From Magallana gigas (Eukaryota): DNA of 64,000 nucleotides. The stretch covers positions 26,846,001 to 26,910,000 of the forward strand of contig NC_088862.1 of NCBI RefSeq assembly GCF_963853765.1. Reading direction: 5' to 3'. How positions within the stretch are numbered: position 1 is the stretch's first letter; each line of letters opens with the position of its first letter. Both the position numbers and the translations under genes were made by a program. A model generated the notes under the pieces. The model saw only the letters and a program-made list of their open reading frames with translations. It did not search any database and had not been told where the DNA came from. Positions 13,603 to 25,717 of the stretch are shown here, piece after piece.

Positions 13603-14853
13603 GTTGAACGGACGGACGGACAAGCAATGATGGATCCTTAAGTATCCTTGTTATATAGTTTAAGCTATAGGTGGAGAAAAATGAGAAGAAGTCCGAAGGA
13701 AGAATTATCATAATTTTTACATGGTGGCACGCCGGGATGATAAATTGTTTTTAGGATCGCAGTTACACTTAACAGGCTACTGAAAAACCCACCTAGAAAT
13801 CTCAAATGTCAACCAGTAAGTTGAATTTCCGAGCATTTTAATGAAAAATATTACTGGTTTTTCTTCTAAAATTTATCTATTTTATTAACTAGTTTTTTAT
13901 GCATATTAAGTTCAATTTAGGAACGCTGTATATCAAGACTTGTTTATTTTAAGTCAGACAAAAAGCAAAGCAAAATGATGTAATATACTTAATAATAATA
14001 AATATTATATAATAAAATAATATATGATAATACGTTTTTGTTAACTGTTCTATCGCTTGATATCGATGACCAGATCAGAATTTTTAGTGAAAACTGCGCC
14101 TGACAAAAATGACAAGTCTGATAAGTAAAATCGCAATTGTACCATTGATCAAATCATTAAGTTACCTTAATTATCCTGATTGATAAATAATGCATTTGTT
14201 GTTTGATATCCTTTCTAGTCTTTTATTATAAAACCACATAATTACGAGTCAAGTATGTTTTGACGAAGTGGGTAGGTGTGAACACATTATTATTGTTAAA
14301 ATCAAAGTAAAACTAATTGTGCTATTCTTGCCGTAAGAGTCACGATGTACAAAAACCATAATTTTACAAAGACAATCTGTCTCCTTTTTTAGTTAAAAAA
14401 ATCTTTGGATATAAAAGCTTAATTGAGTTTTATTTAATATCAATTTACAAATTTTATCCCCGATATTTTTTCTATCATATATGCTTCTATGCTACGTGTA
14501 GATTATGGATATCCATAATTGGTCCTACCTACTGCAAAACATGCTTAGCATTAGATAGTGGTACATGTAACATCTTTAATGCATCTTTTCCTTTCTGTCA
14601 AACAGATATTCCGAATAGCAACGAATATACTTATCTATTGCATGTAGATGTTAATCGTGCCAAATTCATCTTCATTCAAGTCAAGGTCCCTATCATTCAT
14701 CTAAAAACTCGATCACAAATCAAATTAGTGGTTTTTTAGCAAACACATCCATGTATTAGATTTTTTTTTCTAAAGCTTCATGCTTGCTAATTTTTTTCCT
14801 TATCCAGCCAGTGAAATCTATTATGAATAAATTATAAATATTTTAATCTACAT

Positions 14854-14947
14854 CCATCGTCGAAAATCCACGGTTAAAAACGCTTTATTCAATTCTGCAT
14901 GTCGGAGAGAACCGAAGCGTAATCAATTGTGGGTTTTTCGACGATGG
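14854..14947. repeat. Short inverted-repeat element (CCATCGTCGAAAA...TTTTCGACGATGG)
   Basis: 13-bp perfect IR, extendable with mismatches, around a ~60-bp core. Confidence 0.7.
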
Positions 14948-17413
14948 CTTGCATCACGATTTGCTCACAAATTTAAGTTCCTTTTTCATTAATTATGTTT
15001 TTCTGAATATTTTCCTGCATATCCATTTTATACCTCTATGAAGCCTAAAGGTTATTTTGAGAAAGAAAGAAATTTTGCGTGAAGCAAGTTTTTTTTTTTA
15101 CCATAAATTTCGCAAAAAAATGTAATCAACTTTCATTAAAATCAGAATTATAACTCCTTAGGTGTCAGGCATTTTGGTTTATGTAAGAAAACATTTTATT
15201 TTAAGCTACACTTGCTTCAATGTAAAGTACATAAAATGCCGCTCATCTATGATCTAAGAATATTGGTAAACCAACAAAGTACTTCATCCAGCTTTAGACT
15301 TGATAAATTTCAAAAAAATTGTATCTATTTGTTCTATGTTTTCTCTCTCTCTCTCTCTCTCTATCATTTGTATATTATGCATGTTTTAATGTTAATCACA
15401 ACTGATCATTAATAAAGATTCGATTCACCATAATCCATTAAGACATCTGCAGCCCTATTGAAGCATTTGATTTTAACACGCGTGCTAATTGTCACTTATT
15501 AATATATATCTAAGATAACTCCTGTATACCCACTTTGATTTATAAAGTAGCAAAGTTACGTTTACTTATCGTGTCGTTTGCCTTTTTGGAACGTGCGTCG
15601 GGTTTAAAATATGTTCAAACCATTTTAAAAAACCCCGCTCAAACTAAAAGTCAGAAAGCCTGATCCTTACTCTAAAAACACACGAAGTCATGTTTCAGAA
15701 AATGTTCTATGCAGAGGCAGACTACAAATAATTGAATATTTACACTCCATCATTTGGTAAACAGCGGACAATTATTGACTTACCTTCGCTAACTTTAAAT
15801 GAAGCATTAAAATAGATTCATAGAGAGATAAACATAAATATCAGTATGCGTTCTGTTGTGGTTTATGCATGCTTGAAAGTAGCAAGTATCACAACAGAAT
15901 TACATTACCTTCTTTAATTAGGATATGATTGGGGTCAATAAATAGACCATAAGAGTGAAATTTATTATTCCCTAACGGACCAAAAAGAAATTAAGAGCAA
16001 AATTGCATTGTATTTAAGTCACTTGCGCAAACATGCTCTAAAAAGCAGAACAATATATTTGCATGCATAAAGATTTTAATTTTACTCTCTCGCCGATTTA
16101 GTAAAAAAATCATTTTACGTATAATTAGGTGATTAAAAACGTTTGAGGTTATCAAATCCAATAAAGCCAAAAGGTGTTTATAATAGACATGATCCGGCCT
16201 GACCATATTTGATAATTTCATTGTATCTAAAGAATGATTTGTTAATACTTATATAATTTTCAGAAATTGTACTTCAAATTACAAAATGGATTGATTTTGT
16301 AGTGTTATGACAGACAAAAAAAAATGCTCATGTAAATATTCATCTTTCATATTTGTTGTTTCTTTGTTGTTAAGATACGTATTTATTAATTAATGCAAAA
16401 TATATAAAGGTTAGCAGTAAAATGAAAACTTCTAGAATTAATTGATTTTGACGGCACCACTGGCAGACTACCGGTATTTTGTGTAGGATTTGAATGGGAG
16501 TAAAAATTTTTGATTTCCAATTTGATTTTGCAGAAATTAAGAAAGAAAAAAAGCTTGCATGCTGGCCAAAAGAAACACATGATCCTTAACAGGTTAGTCA
16601 TTCTAATAATTCGGATTTGAATAAAACATTATGATTGTTTTACATAGATATAATTGAATTTTCGAGGTTTGTTCTTATTTTAATTAAAATCACAATTTCA
16701 ACATGTGCGGCCAAATTACCAATACAAAAACAATAAAGAAAATGTGTATAAGTGTAATTTATGGAAAGGTTTACTTATGAGGTTATAGAAATTATTTCTG
16801 TACAGGGGACTACCTTTACAAAAACGTTAAAATGTTTCAGCGACAATGCCAGTGATATTAATGTTCATTCAGTGGGGAGTTTATTTGGTAGATAAATAAA
16901 TGAAAAAAGTAATATAACAATAATATGTGTCAAGTAAATCATCTTTATACTTTTTATATTCTTTGTTTTGTTTTGTTTTTTTGTAGGCAGTTCTTGAGTG
17001 TATGGTAATGAATTCGAACTCCTCAACCGAACAGATACAGTTGCAAGATGACTAAAAACACCTCGGTGATAACACTTGTCATTTGATATACCGTAGTACA
17101 ATTGATGTTGCAAAAATATTTTTTTGTGCTCGTGCATGACTAATTACTTTGCAGGTCAGAAAACAACTTCAGGACCAGAAAAGATCCGTTTTTTTATTCC
17201 TTGATTTTAAAAGTTTTGGCAAATTGCATTTTTGTGAATTATGTAAACAATTTTATTGTCTCTCTTAAACAGTAACTGTACCTCCTTGTGTGTTTGTGTA
17301 GTTGCGCTATTGCCGGCTTTTAATTTGAAATAAAATGTATATTTAGACAGTTATTATTATGTAGACAGAATTAGATTCATTGTCACAAACAAGGGTTTGG
17401 AATCTACCAGATT

Positions 17414-18979
17414 CTAATTCAGAAAATGTGATAGAGCTCGTTGGTAATCGATTATGAACACAAAGGAAAAAATTCTGAACACGATTTTTAACCAACGGAT
17501 ACAAGTTTTGTTCAACGACTCGACATTATCTGTGTTATTTTTGTTCTTTTTAAAATCAAAATTCCGATAGGTAATCATTCTTTTGTATATGATGAAAACA
17601 TAAGACATTAAAATATTTTAAAGACCCTTTGAATTTGATACTTTAGATCTCTTTATTATCAATAGCTTATTCGTACCTATTCGTAGAATACTTTCATGTT
17701 ACAACATTATTCAAGTGTTTAGATTGGAAAATAAAATAAGAGTGTCTTCGCTTTGTGAGAGATCTTTGTTTAAAATTGAAACAAGAAAACATCTTTCTTG
17801 GTGACAAAAGACATGCATTCGGTGGACATAAATATTGTATATAATAATAAATATTTGATTGAACATAACTGACGTACGCAATATATCTTATTCTCTACGT
17901 TTTCTCTCTCCTTCTCATATCCTTTGTCATAAGAAGGTTATACATGTATGAAAGTATCATTCAGCTGTAAACACACCTCCTTAATTGATTTCATTCTTTC
18001 CCAGCGCAATCACTGTCAGAATCATAAAAAGTGATAATTTTTTTCATCGTATACATGTATCACTGTTTATATTTTCCTAAAAAAATATTTTGACTCAACG
18101 CCTCAGTGCGAGATAAAAAGAAAGATAACTCGAGAACATATATATGCATTTTTTTAATCCTTGGATATCAAGGGCATAGAAAGAATGAAAAGATAAATCA
18201 AATTTAATGAGATGCCAAGAAGTATTTTCATATACAATTCTTGGAAATTTTAAAATGTTTTACATATGTTATTAAAAAAAAACATTATTACTGTAACAAA
18301 TATTTTAAATTTAATACAATAGTTAGATAAGGTATACTAAATGATTGAAAACCTCAAATAATGTCATTCATAAATAAACAAAAAATAAACAAATTGTATC
18401 ATCATACCAAAAACCCTCATCGGCACAAACCACGGCTTTGAGTCTTCCATCTTTTAATTCAGAAAATGTGATGTCAAAGTAAATCGCTCGTTGGTAATCG
18501 ACAATAAACACAAATGAAAAATTCTGAACACGATCGTAAGTTTTGTTTCAACGACTCATCATTAACTCTATTAATTTTTTCTCTTTTTAAAATCAAAATT
18601 TTGATAAGAGTGTTTCTTTGATATGTGATGAACATGCCATATTAATTTTATTATTCTTGAAATTTCTATTAAACATAAGACATTAAAAAATTTTCAAGAC
18701 TCTTTTTATCAAATGCCCAATTTTGAAGATCGCTGAGTAATCAATAGATTCTTTGTACCTCGTCGTAATGTAATTTCACGAGAAAGCATTTTTCAAGTGT
18801 TTGGAAGAGAAAACAAAATTAAAGTCTCTTCACTCTGTGTGCGATCTTTGTTTAAAAGAATTCGTTGTAGAATTGAAACACTCAAGCAAAAAAAAATTTC
18901 TCTTGATGACATAAGACATGCATTAGATGGACATAACTATTCCAAACAAATGCAGGTGATTGAACAAAGCTGACGTCAG

Positions 18980-19069
<90 letters not shown>

Positions 19070-19372
19070 CTTTCCGCACATGATTTGCAATATGAAGATT
19101 TTGGCAAACGGAATATGAAAGTAGCATTAAGCTGTGAAAACACCACCTTGATTAATGACACTCTTTTTAGCGCAATATTTGTTAGAACAGTGATTTATTT
19201 CTGCAGAATTATAGTGAAAACATAACGTATATCAATGTATGAAGAATTCCTAAAAACAATATTTGAACACGTGCCACGGCGCGAGATAAAAGGAAAGATA
19301 ACTCGAGCTGTTGCATATTTTTTTAATCATTGAATATCAAAGGCATAGGAGAAATAAAAGTATCATTTAAAG

Positions 19373-19375
<3 letters not shown>
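17414..19375. repeat. Two diverged tandem copies of a ~1-kb AT-rich repeat with (CT)n tracts (also present in unit 2)
   Basis: taattcagaaaatgtgat...ctcgttggtaatcga at 17414 and ~18455; gcgagataaaa-gaaagataactcgag at ~18110 and ~19280. Confidence 0.7.
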
Positions 19376-19465
<90 letters not shown>

Positions 19466-19606
19466 GATAGAGTCATTGCAAAAGAGTCAATACCGCCACA
19501 ATAAATCGCCAACCATTTGATATTTGTAATAAAGTATTGATATTCATAAATATTAATACTATATTTATATTTATATATCATATTACTAAATGTTCTTACA
19601 CTTAAT

Positions 19607-19656
<50 letters not shown>
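18983..19656. repeat. Cluster of (CT)n/(TA)n microsatellites
   Basis: Tracts at ~18983-19069, 19381-19460 and 19608-19656. Confidence 0.95.
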
Positions 19657-19660
<4 letters not shown>

Positions 19661-20085
19661 AGTGATGTTTATCATCTATTAATGCTTCTTTAATGGCGAC
19701 AACATTGTCTGACAATGTTCACTATGAAATACTTTTTTATCGAGCGCCAACAAAAACTTTCCAAACAGCCATGATATCCTAGCCAACGTTCTCCTTTTAG
19801 TAAAGTAATCCAGATTCTATTATCAAGTGTGCTGCAATTGAACAGAAAATAAATTCAAGCTTTGTAGAAGCATTTTTTTTGGAAAGGGCGTAAATTGTTT
19901 CTGTAAAGAATGACTAAATTTCAGTTTAGCTCGCTTTTTTTGTTTAAGGTATTTATCATCAAATTCGAAGAATTTGCTAGATTATTATTTTTTCTTGTAA
20001 CAAAATAAAAAAATCAAGGATTTATATCAATATGAATTATTGTATACCTAAAACTCGTTGAGGAAGAATCTGAAGTTTTTCATTC

Positions 20086-20821
20086 TGTAAGCCTTCTGTC
20101 TTACAGGATCCTATTGAGGGTCAGCTCAAGCTTATGGATGACAAGTCCAGGATTTCTTTCTCAAGCGGTTTTATTAAGCGTGATCGTATAGTTACAATAA
20201 CATCAGCTAATAGCAGCCCAAATCAGGAGTCTGCACAATCTTATTTCATATGGGTATATATAAGGTTTTACTTATGATGGACAGTTTTGACTAGTTCGGC
20301 CCATATACGACGATCATGAGTGAACATTTAGTGTTCAAAATTAAGATTAATATTTTATTCCTAAATAAAGTAACAAAACCGTCAAAACTGCCAATCAAAG
20401 AGTCTGGATGCAGGATGTGGGTCTCCGAGTCCTGGGTCTCGGAGCCCCCCCACCTAGTATGAGGCATCACTTACTCACAATACGTTCATTCATACACGGC
20501 ATAAAAGGTTACAAAGGTTAATATATAGAATACACAATACATGACTCAATATAGAATACTAGAGCATTCGTTGCAGACACAGAATCGCCAAATAGGTCAC
20601 ATGTTGTTAAACTCTCAATTTGGATATTATTCTGCCCGTATTATGACCTGGTTTCATAACATCATTTAGGAATACTACGCATTGCTACAAGAGTCACAGA
20701 GTTCATTCTGTCAATTATCATTAACACCATTCAGTGCGCAGCATCTAGGTACACATAAATATCATAGTGACCATTATGTAATACTAGCAATTCAAGGTCA
20801 TAGCATGGCTATCTGTTTACA
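20086..20821 (-). repeat. 3' LTR (736 bp)
   Basis: TGTAAAC...GCTTACA on the minus strand; matches 31211-31946 except about 2 substitutions seen by eye. Confidence 0.97.
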
Positions 20822-20832
20822 TACGTCCCCCA
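20822..20832 (-). promoter_or_regulatory. Putative polypurine tract
   Basis: Minus strand TTTGGGGGACGTA directly before the 3' LTR TGT; the purine run is short. Confidence 0.6.
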
Positions 20833-21455
20833 AACAAAAGAAATATCCCGAAGGGAGATTTCTCATGCCTGGCGCCCGGAATAGGAAAGCGTCCTTGATC
20901 TACACTTGATCAGACGAACTTCCTAGTGACATACCAGTCAGAACATCTATGTTAAGAGATAGTAACAAGTGACATGTTTCCACCTCCGGCTTGGAACACC
21001 ATTCATCTATAAAAACAAATCTATACCCAGGATGTATACATGTTCATAAAATCATATAGCTTGATTATATCGCATTACAATCATGAAAACAATAATGAAT
21101 AAAGTATGATAATAATGACCAAGATGAAATAACCATAGTTGAATATAATCGTAATTCATCATCAAAGTAATACTAAGTATGATTAAGCTTGATGTCACAT
21201 ATATATAAAAAGTCACTGCATGCTTATAAGTTCACAAAAATATCTCTTCCTTCCTAGGGGCGAGGTTCGCGTCATAAGTTCGGAGTCCATCGGTTTCTTC
21301 CTGAATTTCTCCAGAGTGAATCAACAAATACAAGATTTACATTAGCACAAGATAACGCACATTTCTACTTTACACATTTCACATTTTTTTAACTTTCGCT
21401 AAATTTCACAATCCTTTCATAAGGAATACACAACTTCTTCGCGGCTGTAGCTCAA

Positions 21456-23700
21456 TTATTCATCCATCATCGGCACCCGTGGATAGAGGGTCGGCGCGGA
21501 TGGCGAGGCGACTTCTCGCGGAGCGTCTCCTGCGTTCCTCTGTTGCGTAGACATCGCGGCCTTCTCTTCCAGGTATTTACGTGCCAGCTCTGGGTCCGGT
21601 CGATAGTATTTGGTCCATGGATAGTCTTCATTTTCCTCCTCACCACGAAATTGTTGTGCTAGTTTAGTCGAAATGGTCCCCGCGTTACTGGCCAATTTGT
21701 GAGTTCCGATTCCTCCGCTTCGTCGGGGTTTCTCTTGGATCCTAGTGACTTTCGGGATTGGTTCAAGTTCAATAATGTCGCTAGAGGTCCTTTTCTCTGG
21801 ATTCTCACAACAAAATACAGTGTCTTTGGAAGAACCTTTCTTATCTCCGTCACTACCCCTTTTTCGACAACCTGTCCAGCAACCACTACAGCATATACCA
21901 TCCCACTTTTTAATAGTTTTACGTTTCTTAATACAAAGTCCTATCGTTATTGTTACTGCCAAAGTTAAACACACATAAAACCAGGGGCTTCCCACCCAAG
22001 ACGAGGATTTCATGGGTTGCAAATTAATTACTGGCAATTCCGCCATTAGTGCATTCATAGGGAAAATTTTAATATCTTTTAATTTGTCAGGAATTTTTAT
22101 TTGGCTAATTTCGGGGTGTCGGGTGTTTAGAGGGTCCCAAAGGGTGCAGGTATCGATCTCATTGATAAATTTTTGGAAAGAATTGGTCATGTTGAACTGA
22201 CTTTCTCTATTATAAAATGGTGGTAATAATAATGAACCGTGAAAACCCGAGCAACCTTGTCCCAAACTCAGAATGTCTATCGGGCTCTTAACCTTTGTAC
22301 TTTGTGTATTTTGTCCACATTTTACATTTATTTCTAATGGCTTTGAAGAAGTGATTAACCACTTTCCTTCACGCAAGTTGACCGCATTTGGATCAAGTAA
22401 CTTATTTTCTACTAATACTGAACAATGTTTTTCTATTTCTGGCAGGTTATTTATAAATATTTTTACTATATATGCATAAATCGCTCGAGCTTACGGGGTA
22501 AAAGGGTTTATTTATAGAACAAAAGTTCCCGTGTTGTCTTTTACATGCGTTGGTTTCTATTTTAGATAAGGTAGTGTATGTTCCCCGAACATCATCTATA
22601 GCGATTGCTTCAGTTTCGATATCATATCTAGCCAACAGATTTGATTGATTCGTTTTTAAATTCGGCACCGGGAGGTTATGGACCTTGAATAACTCAAATC
22701 GTTTGTTTGTATCTAACAGGGGTATAGTCATTGCAATTATGAGATTTTCCTCCCCAATTAATGTCGTACATGGTAAAATCCTATAATAAGACCAAAGGTC
22801 GGTGGTTATATCATAAGGTAATTTAAGATACGAGGGTAACTGATCTGAGATTTCTAACAACAGGCGCCTGAGATCTCCTGGGGGGATAACGGTTGGAGAG
22901 AGATGTCCTAAAGAAAGCATATTGAGACGTAAACGAAGTTGTTGTAAATGATTTCTAGTTACTGAGACGATTTCGGATAAACTACTTAATGTCCTGTCGA
23001 AACGTATGTAAATGTCATTAAATCTTTGCATGTCATGCAATTCTCTGCCCAGTGTTGATTGTTCTGTCATTGATTCCTTAAGACTAGTAATAATTTCATT
23101 TATTGTCCTGCGGTTGTCCATTATATTTTGCTGATTATCTTTAACAAAAGTCATACTTTCGGTTAATACATGTTTTATTTGCTGTTGATTATTGGCAAGC
23201 TGCCTAACATTGCTTCTAATACTGTTTAAATCTTCTTCGTCTAATGTACCGAAAAGAAAAGATAGGACTTTCCCTACAATTGGTATTACAGCTCTAGTAT
23301 TTCTACGGTGCATAAAACGAATTTCTTGTACCTCTTGTTCCAAATATCTTCTGTTTACCTTAAAATTGTTTATCTCAACTGAAAACCTTTCGCTCATTTG
23401 ATAAAGCCGAAAGATGGGTGTCATGCGAATAGTTTGATTAGTATCAGTGACTGATAGTTTCTTTGATTCATCCCCAATGGCTTGAACTAAAGTATTTTTG
23501 ACAGTTACTAATTCCGTTTGTAACAAATTAAGAATGGTATAATAAGGATTTAAGCTTATTGTCGTGATTGCTGTCCATTTTCCTTGCACCAGAGAAATAT
23601 CCTTAACTTTTTCAAAAATTACATTTTTCCTGACGATATTGTTTGCGAAAGGTATCCCAAACATTCCAGCTAGGAGGAATACTGTCAAGACCCACTTCAT
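21456..23700 (-). CDS. env: Envelope class I fusion protein (baculovirus F/errantivirus Env type), ~746 aa if repaired; frameshift at 22467-22473
   Basis: Signal peptide MKWVLTVFLLAGMFG; furin site RRNTR followed by AVIPIVGKVLSFLFGTLDEED, fitting the F-protein fusion-peptide pattern; heptad region; Cys-rich region; TM PWFYVCLTLAVTITIGLCI; 157-aa tail. Frame 1 stops after 417 aa; frame 2 is open from 22469 to 21456. Confidence 0.9.
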
Positions 23701-23707
23701 CCTGCAA

Positions 23708-24343
23708 TTAATAATTGAAACTTCTAATACAAGGGTGTTTGCAGAAAGTTCTTTCAAATTGGTACATCCAGCCAATTACATTCCTTCTCGTTTCTGACAT
23801 TTCTATCATTTTTGAATGAGTTTCTACTAAATCAAGTGGAAAGTGTTTTTTCATAAATTTGATGAAAGAGGGGTATAGCAGCAGCGTTTCATTATTTCCT
23901 ATCACTATGGCTTGTAGGGTTACTATTCTTTGAAATTCTGAATTTATCTTAAGCCTAGTAGGGCGATTTTGTTCCGCGATTCTCTGATAATTCATTATTT
24001 GAGCCTTAACCAATTCGGGTAAATCACGGATCAATTCACAGATTTTACTTAATGGTATATCTTCATCGTCAGATGTCATTGGGACTAATGCCTGAGGAAT
24101 TTCTACCTTAGGATGTGAAACTCTTGGAAGTTTTACAAATTTATTTCTTTCGAAGCCAGGTTGTAAGGAGCCCAAATTATAATGTAATTGTTGTGAGTTA
24201 GTATTTGTTCCCTGCTTCGGCATTTCTAGCTTCATTGACCATTCACGTTTTGGATCGGGTCTAAGTCTTGATTTGTCTGAAAATTTCTTCCCCGATTGTG
24301 AAAATGATGTAAGTGAGCGGGGCGACGGTCGTGGATCGGACAT
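23708..24343 (-). CDS. Accessory ORF D (211 aa): Pro/basic disordered N-terminus, SDDEDIPL motif, paralogous LPxxhxxxIMxYxR domain
   Basis: Intact ORF; acceptor TTCTTTTCAG|ATG; aligns to ORFs B and C without gaps over 33 aa. Confidence 0.8.
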   Translation of the reverse strand: MSDPRPSPRSLTSFSQSGKKFSDKSRLRPDPKREWSMKLEMPKQGTNTNSQQLHYNLGSLQPGFERNKFVKLPRVSHPKVEIPQALVPMTSDDEDIPLSKICELIRDLPELVKAQIMNYQRIAEQNRPTRLKINSEFQRIVTLQAIVIGNNETLLLYPSFIKFMKKHFPLDLVETHSKMIEMSETRRNVIGWMYQFERTFCKHPCIRSFNY

Positions 24344-24377
24344 CTGAAAAGAACGTTCGATATATTAAGACCTTGGA

Positions 24378-24812
24378 TTAACCCAACCTAAAAGGTTTAC
24401 CATTTATGTCAAGAAGTACTAATTCGTTTTCGATTGGATTGAAATCCATTATCACCCCATTTTCACCTACTCTAAACGAGTTTGGGACGACCTCGTTTGC
24501 TAGGATGAATTGTAAATACCTAGTCTCTTCGTGACCAATGGTATCAAAAAGATGATAAATTTCATCGAATTTTTTCTTAATTTTCAATAACCTGTTTATG
24601 TTCGTTATGAAAGTTGGACTAAATTTTCTAAAAAATGCATCAGCATATTCATCCATTCTCTTTAACTCTAACAAAACTGTTCTCTTTGGTTCGATTTCCG
24701 CGTTTGCCAAGCGATGGTATGTCATGATTTTATCCAAGATTAATGGGGGCAAATCTGGATAAATATCTTCTCCAGTGAATAATTCCCTGGGAGTTTTCTG
24801 ACTTTCGGCCAT
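24378..24812 (-). CDS. Accessory ORF C (144 aa), paralogue of B and D
   Basis: Intact ORF; acceptor TTCATTTATTTTACAG|AAATG; IYPDLPPLILDKIMTYHRLANAE. Confidence 0.85.
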   Translation of the reverse strand: MAESQKTPRELFTGEDIYPDLPPLILDKIMTYHRLANAEIEPKRTVLLELKRMDEYADAFFRKFSPTFITNINRLLKIKKKFDEIYHLFDTIGHEETRYLQFILANEVVPNSFRVGENGVIMDFNPIENELVLLDINGKPFRLG

Positions 24813-24872
24813 TTCTGTAAAATAAATGAATTATTACCTTATTTAGTACATAAGTTTAATAAGGCTCCCCAT

Positions 24873-25331
24873 TTAATGTGGTTCATTAAGATCTCTGAAC
24901 TGCATATTCAACCCGGCTGCGTCATTTTGAATACTCCCCATATCAACTAGATCTAGGACCATTGCCGACAGATACTCTAATTCTTCAGGTCCTAAGCGTT
25001 CACAATCCCTTAGAATTCTCATCATCAATTTTAGGTTTCGAATAAAGCTAGGTCTCAGTGTTTCCGGACTTAACCTCCTATTTAGGTACTTAGAATATAC
25101 GTTAAATCGCCTTAACTCTACATTGACATATTTCTTTGGGGTCAATTCCGCGTTTGCTATACGATGATACTTCATAATTTGATCGATAACAGGATAAGGT
25201 AGCTGGTCAGGGTAAATGTTCCCAGGGGTATATAATGAGTTGATCCTCATTGCTCTTTCCTCAAGGTTGTCAATGCTTTCCATTTCCTCTTCCTCTCTCC
25301 CTGATGGATGTTCCGATCTTGCACTTGCCAT
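24873..25331 (-). CDS. Accessory ORF B (152 aa from MASARS), paralogue of C and D
   Basis: Intact ORF; acceptor CATTTCTTGCAG|AAAATG; IYPDQLPYPVIDQIMKYHRIANAE. Confidence 0.85.
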   Translation of the reverse strand: MASARSEHPSGREEEEMESIDNLEERAMRINSLYTPGNIYPDQLPYPVIDQIMKYHRIANAELTPKKYVNVELRRFNVYSKYLNRRLSPETLRPSFIRNLKLMMRILRDCERLGPEELEYLSAMVLDLVDMGSIQNDAAGLNMQFRDLNEPH

Positions 25332-25476
25332 TTTCTGCAAGAAATGCAAGACATCAGGAACATCCACCCATGAACAAGAGAAAAGCTAAATTGCTATATC
25401 CCTATTTTTTTTTTTCTTTAATTATTAATAAGCATGATATATGTACAAAGCAAAGCTCATTCGAGATTATTTACAT

Positions 25477-25695
25477 CTACATTCGGTTTCGAGTGACCCC
25501 CTCCCTCCTAACGCTCGCGGAGGTGATTTCTCCTCTAATGATTAGCATAACCATATCAGAGTATGGCTCTGTATCACTCAAATAATGGCTGTATATGTTC
25601 AAGGTTGCTGTCAATGTGACTCCTCCAAACTTTATTTTGATATAAAGTTCACTAGGGGGCGTCAATCTCAGTTCCAATAACTCAGATTCTGACAT
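25477..25695 (-). CDS. Accessory ORF A (72 aa), unknown function
   Basis: Intact ORF starting 22 nt after the pol stop; acceptor CCTTTATTTTCAG|ATG. Confidence 0.7.
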   Translation of the reverse strand: MSESELLELRLTPPSELYIKIKFGGVTLTATLNIYSHYLSDTEPYSDMVMLIIRGEITSASVRREGVTRNRM

Positions 25696-25717
25696 CTGAA
25701 AATAAAGGATACTTTAT

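Noticed and set aside
14600-17160. Scattered plus-strand exon-like segments (~14605, ~16436-16503, ~16987)
   Set aside because: Could not be chained into a phase-consistent gene with a recognisable product.
18882-19581. ERERER/LSLSLS ORFs (also 36400-36603, 60192-60533)
   Set aside because: Translations of (GA/CT)n microsatellites.
21659-23797. Plus-strand and alternate-frame ORFs overlapping env (e.g. 21699-21968, 21745-21978, 23192-23401, 23564-23797)
   Set aside because: Short shadow ORFs, mostly with non-ATG starts and no motifs; no antisense promoter or splice support.
25405-25425. A11 run after ORF A as a captured poly(A) tail
   Set aside because: ATTAAA is only 1 nt from the A run, too close for a real cleavage site, and no other sign of transduction is present.
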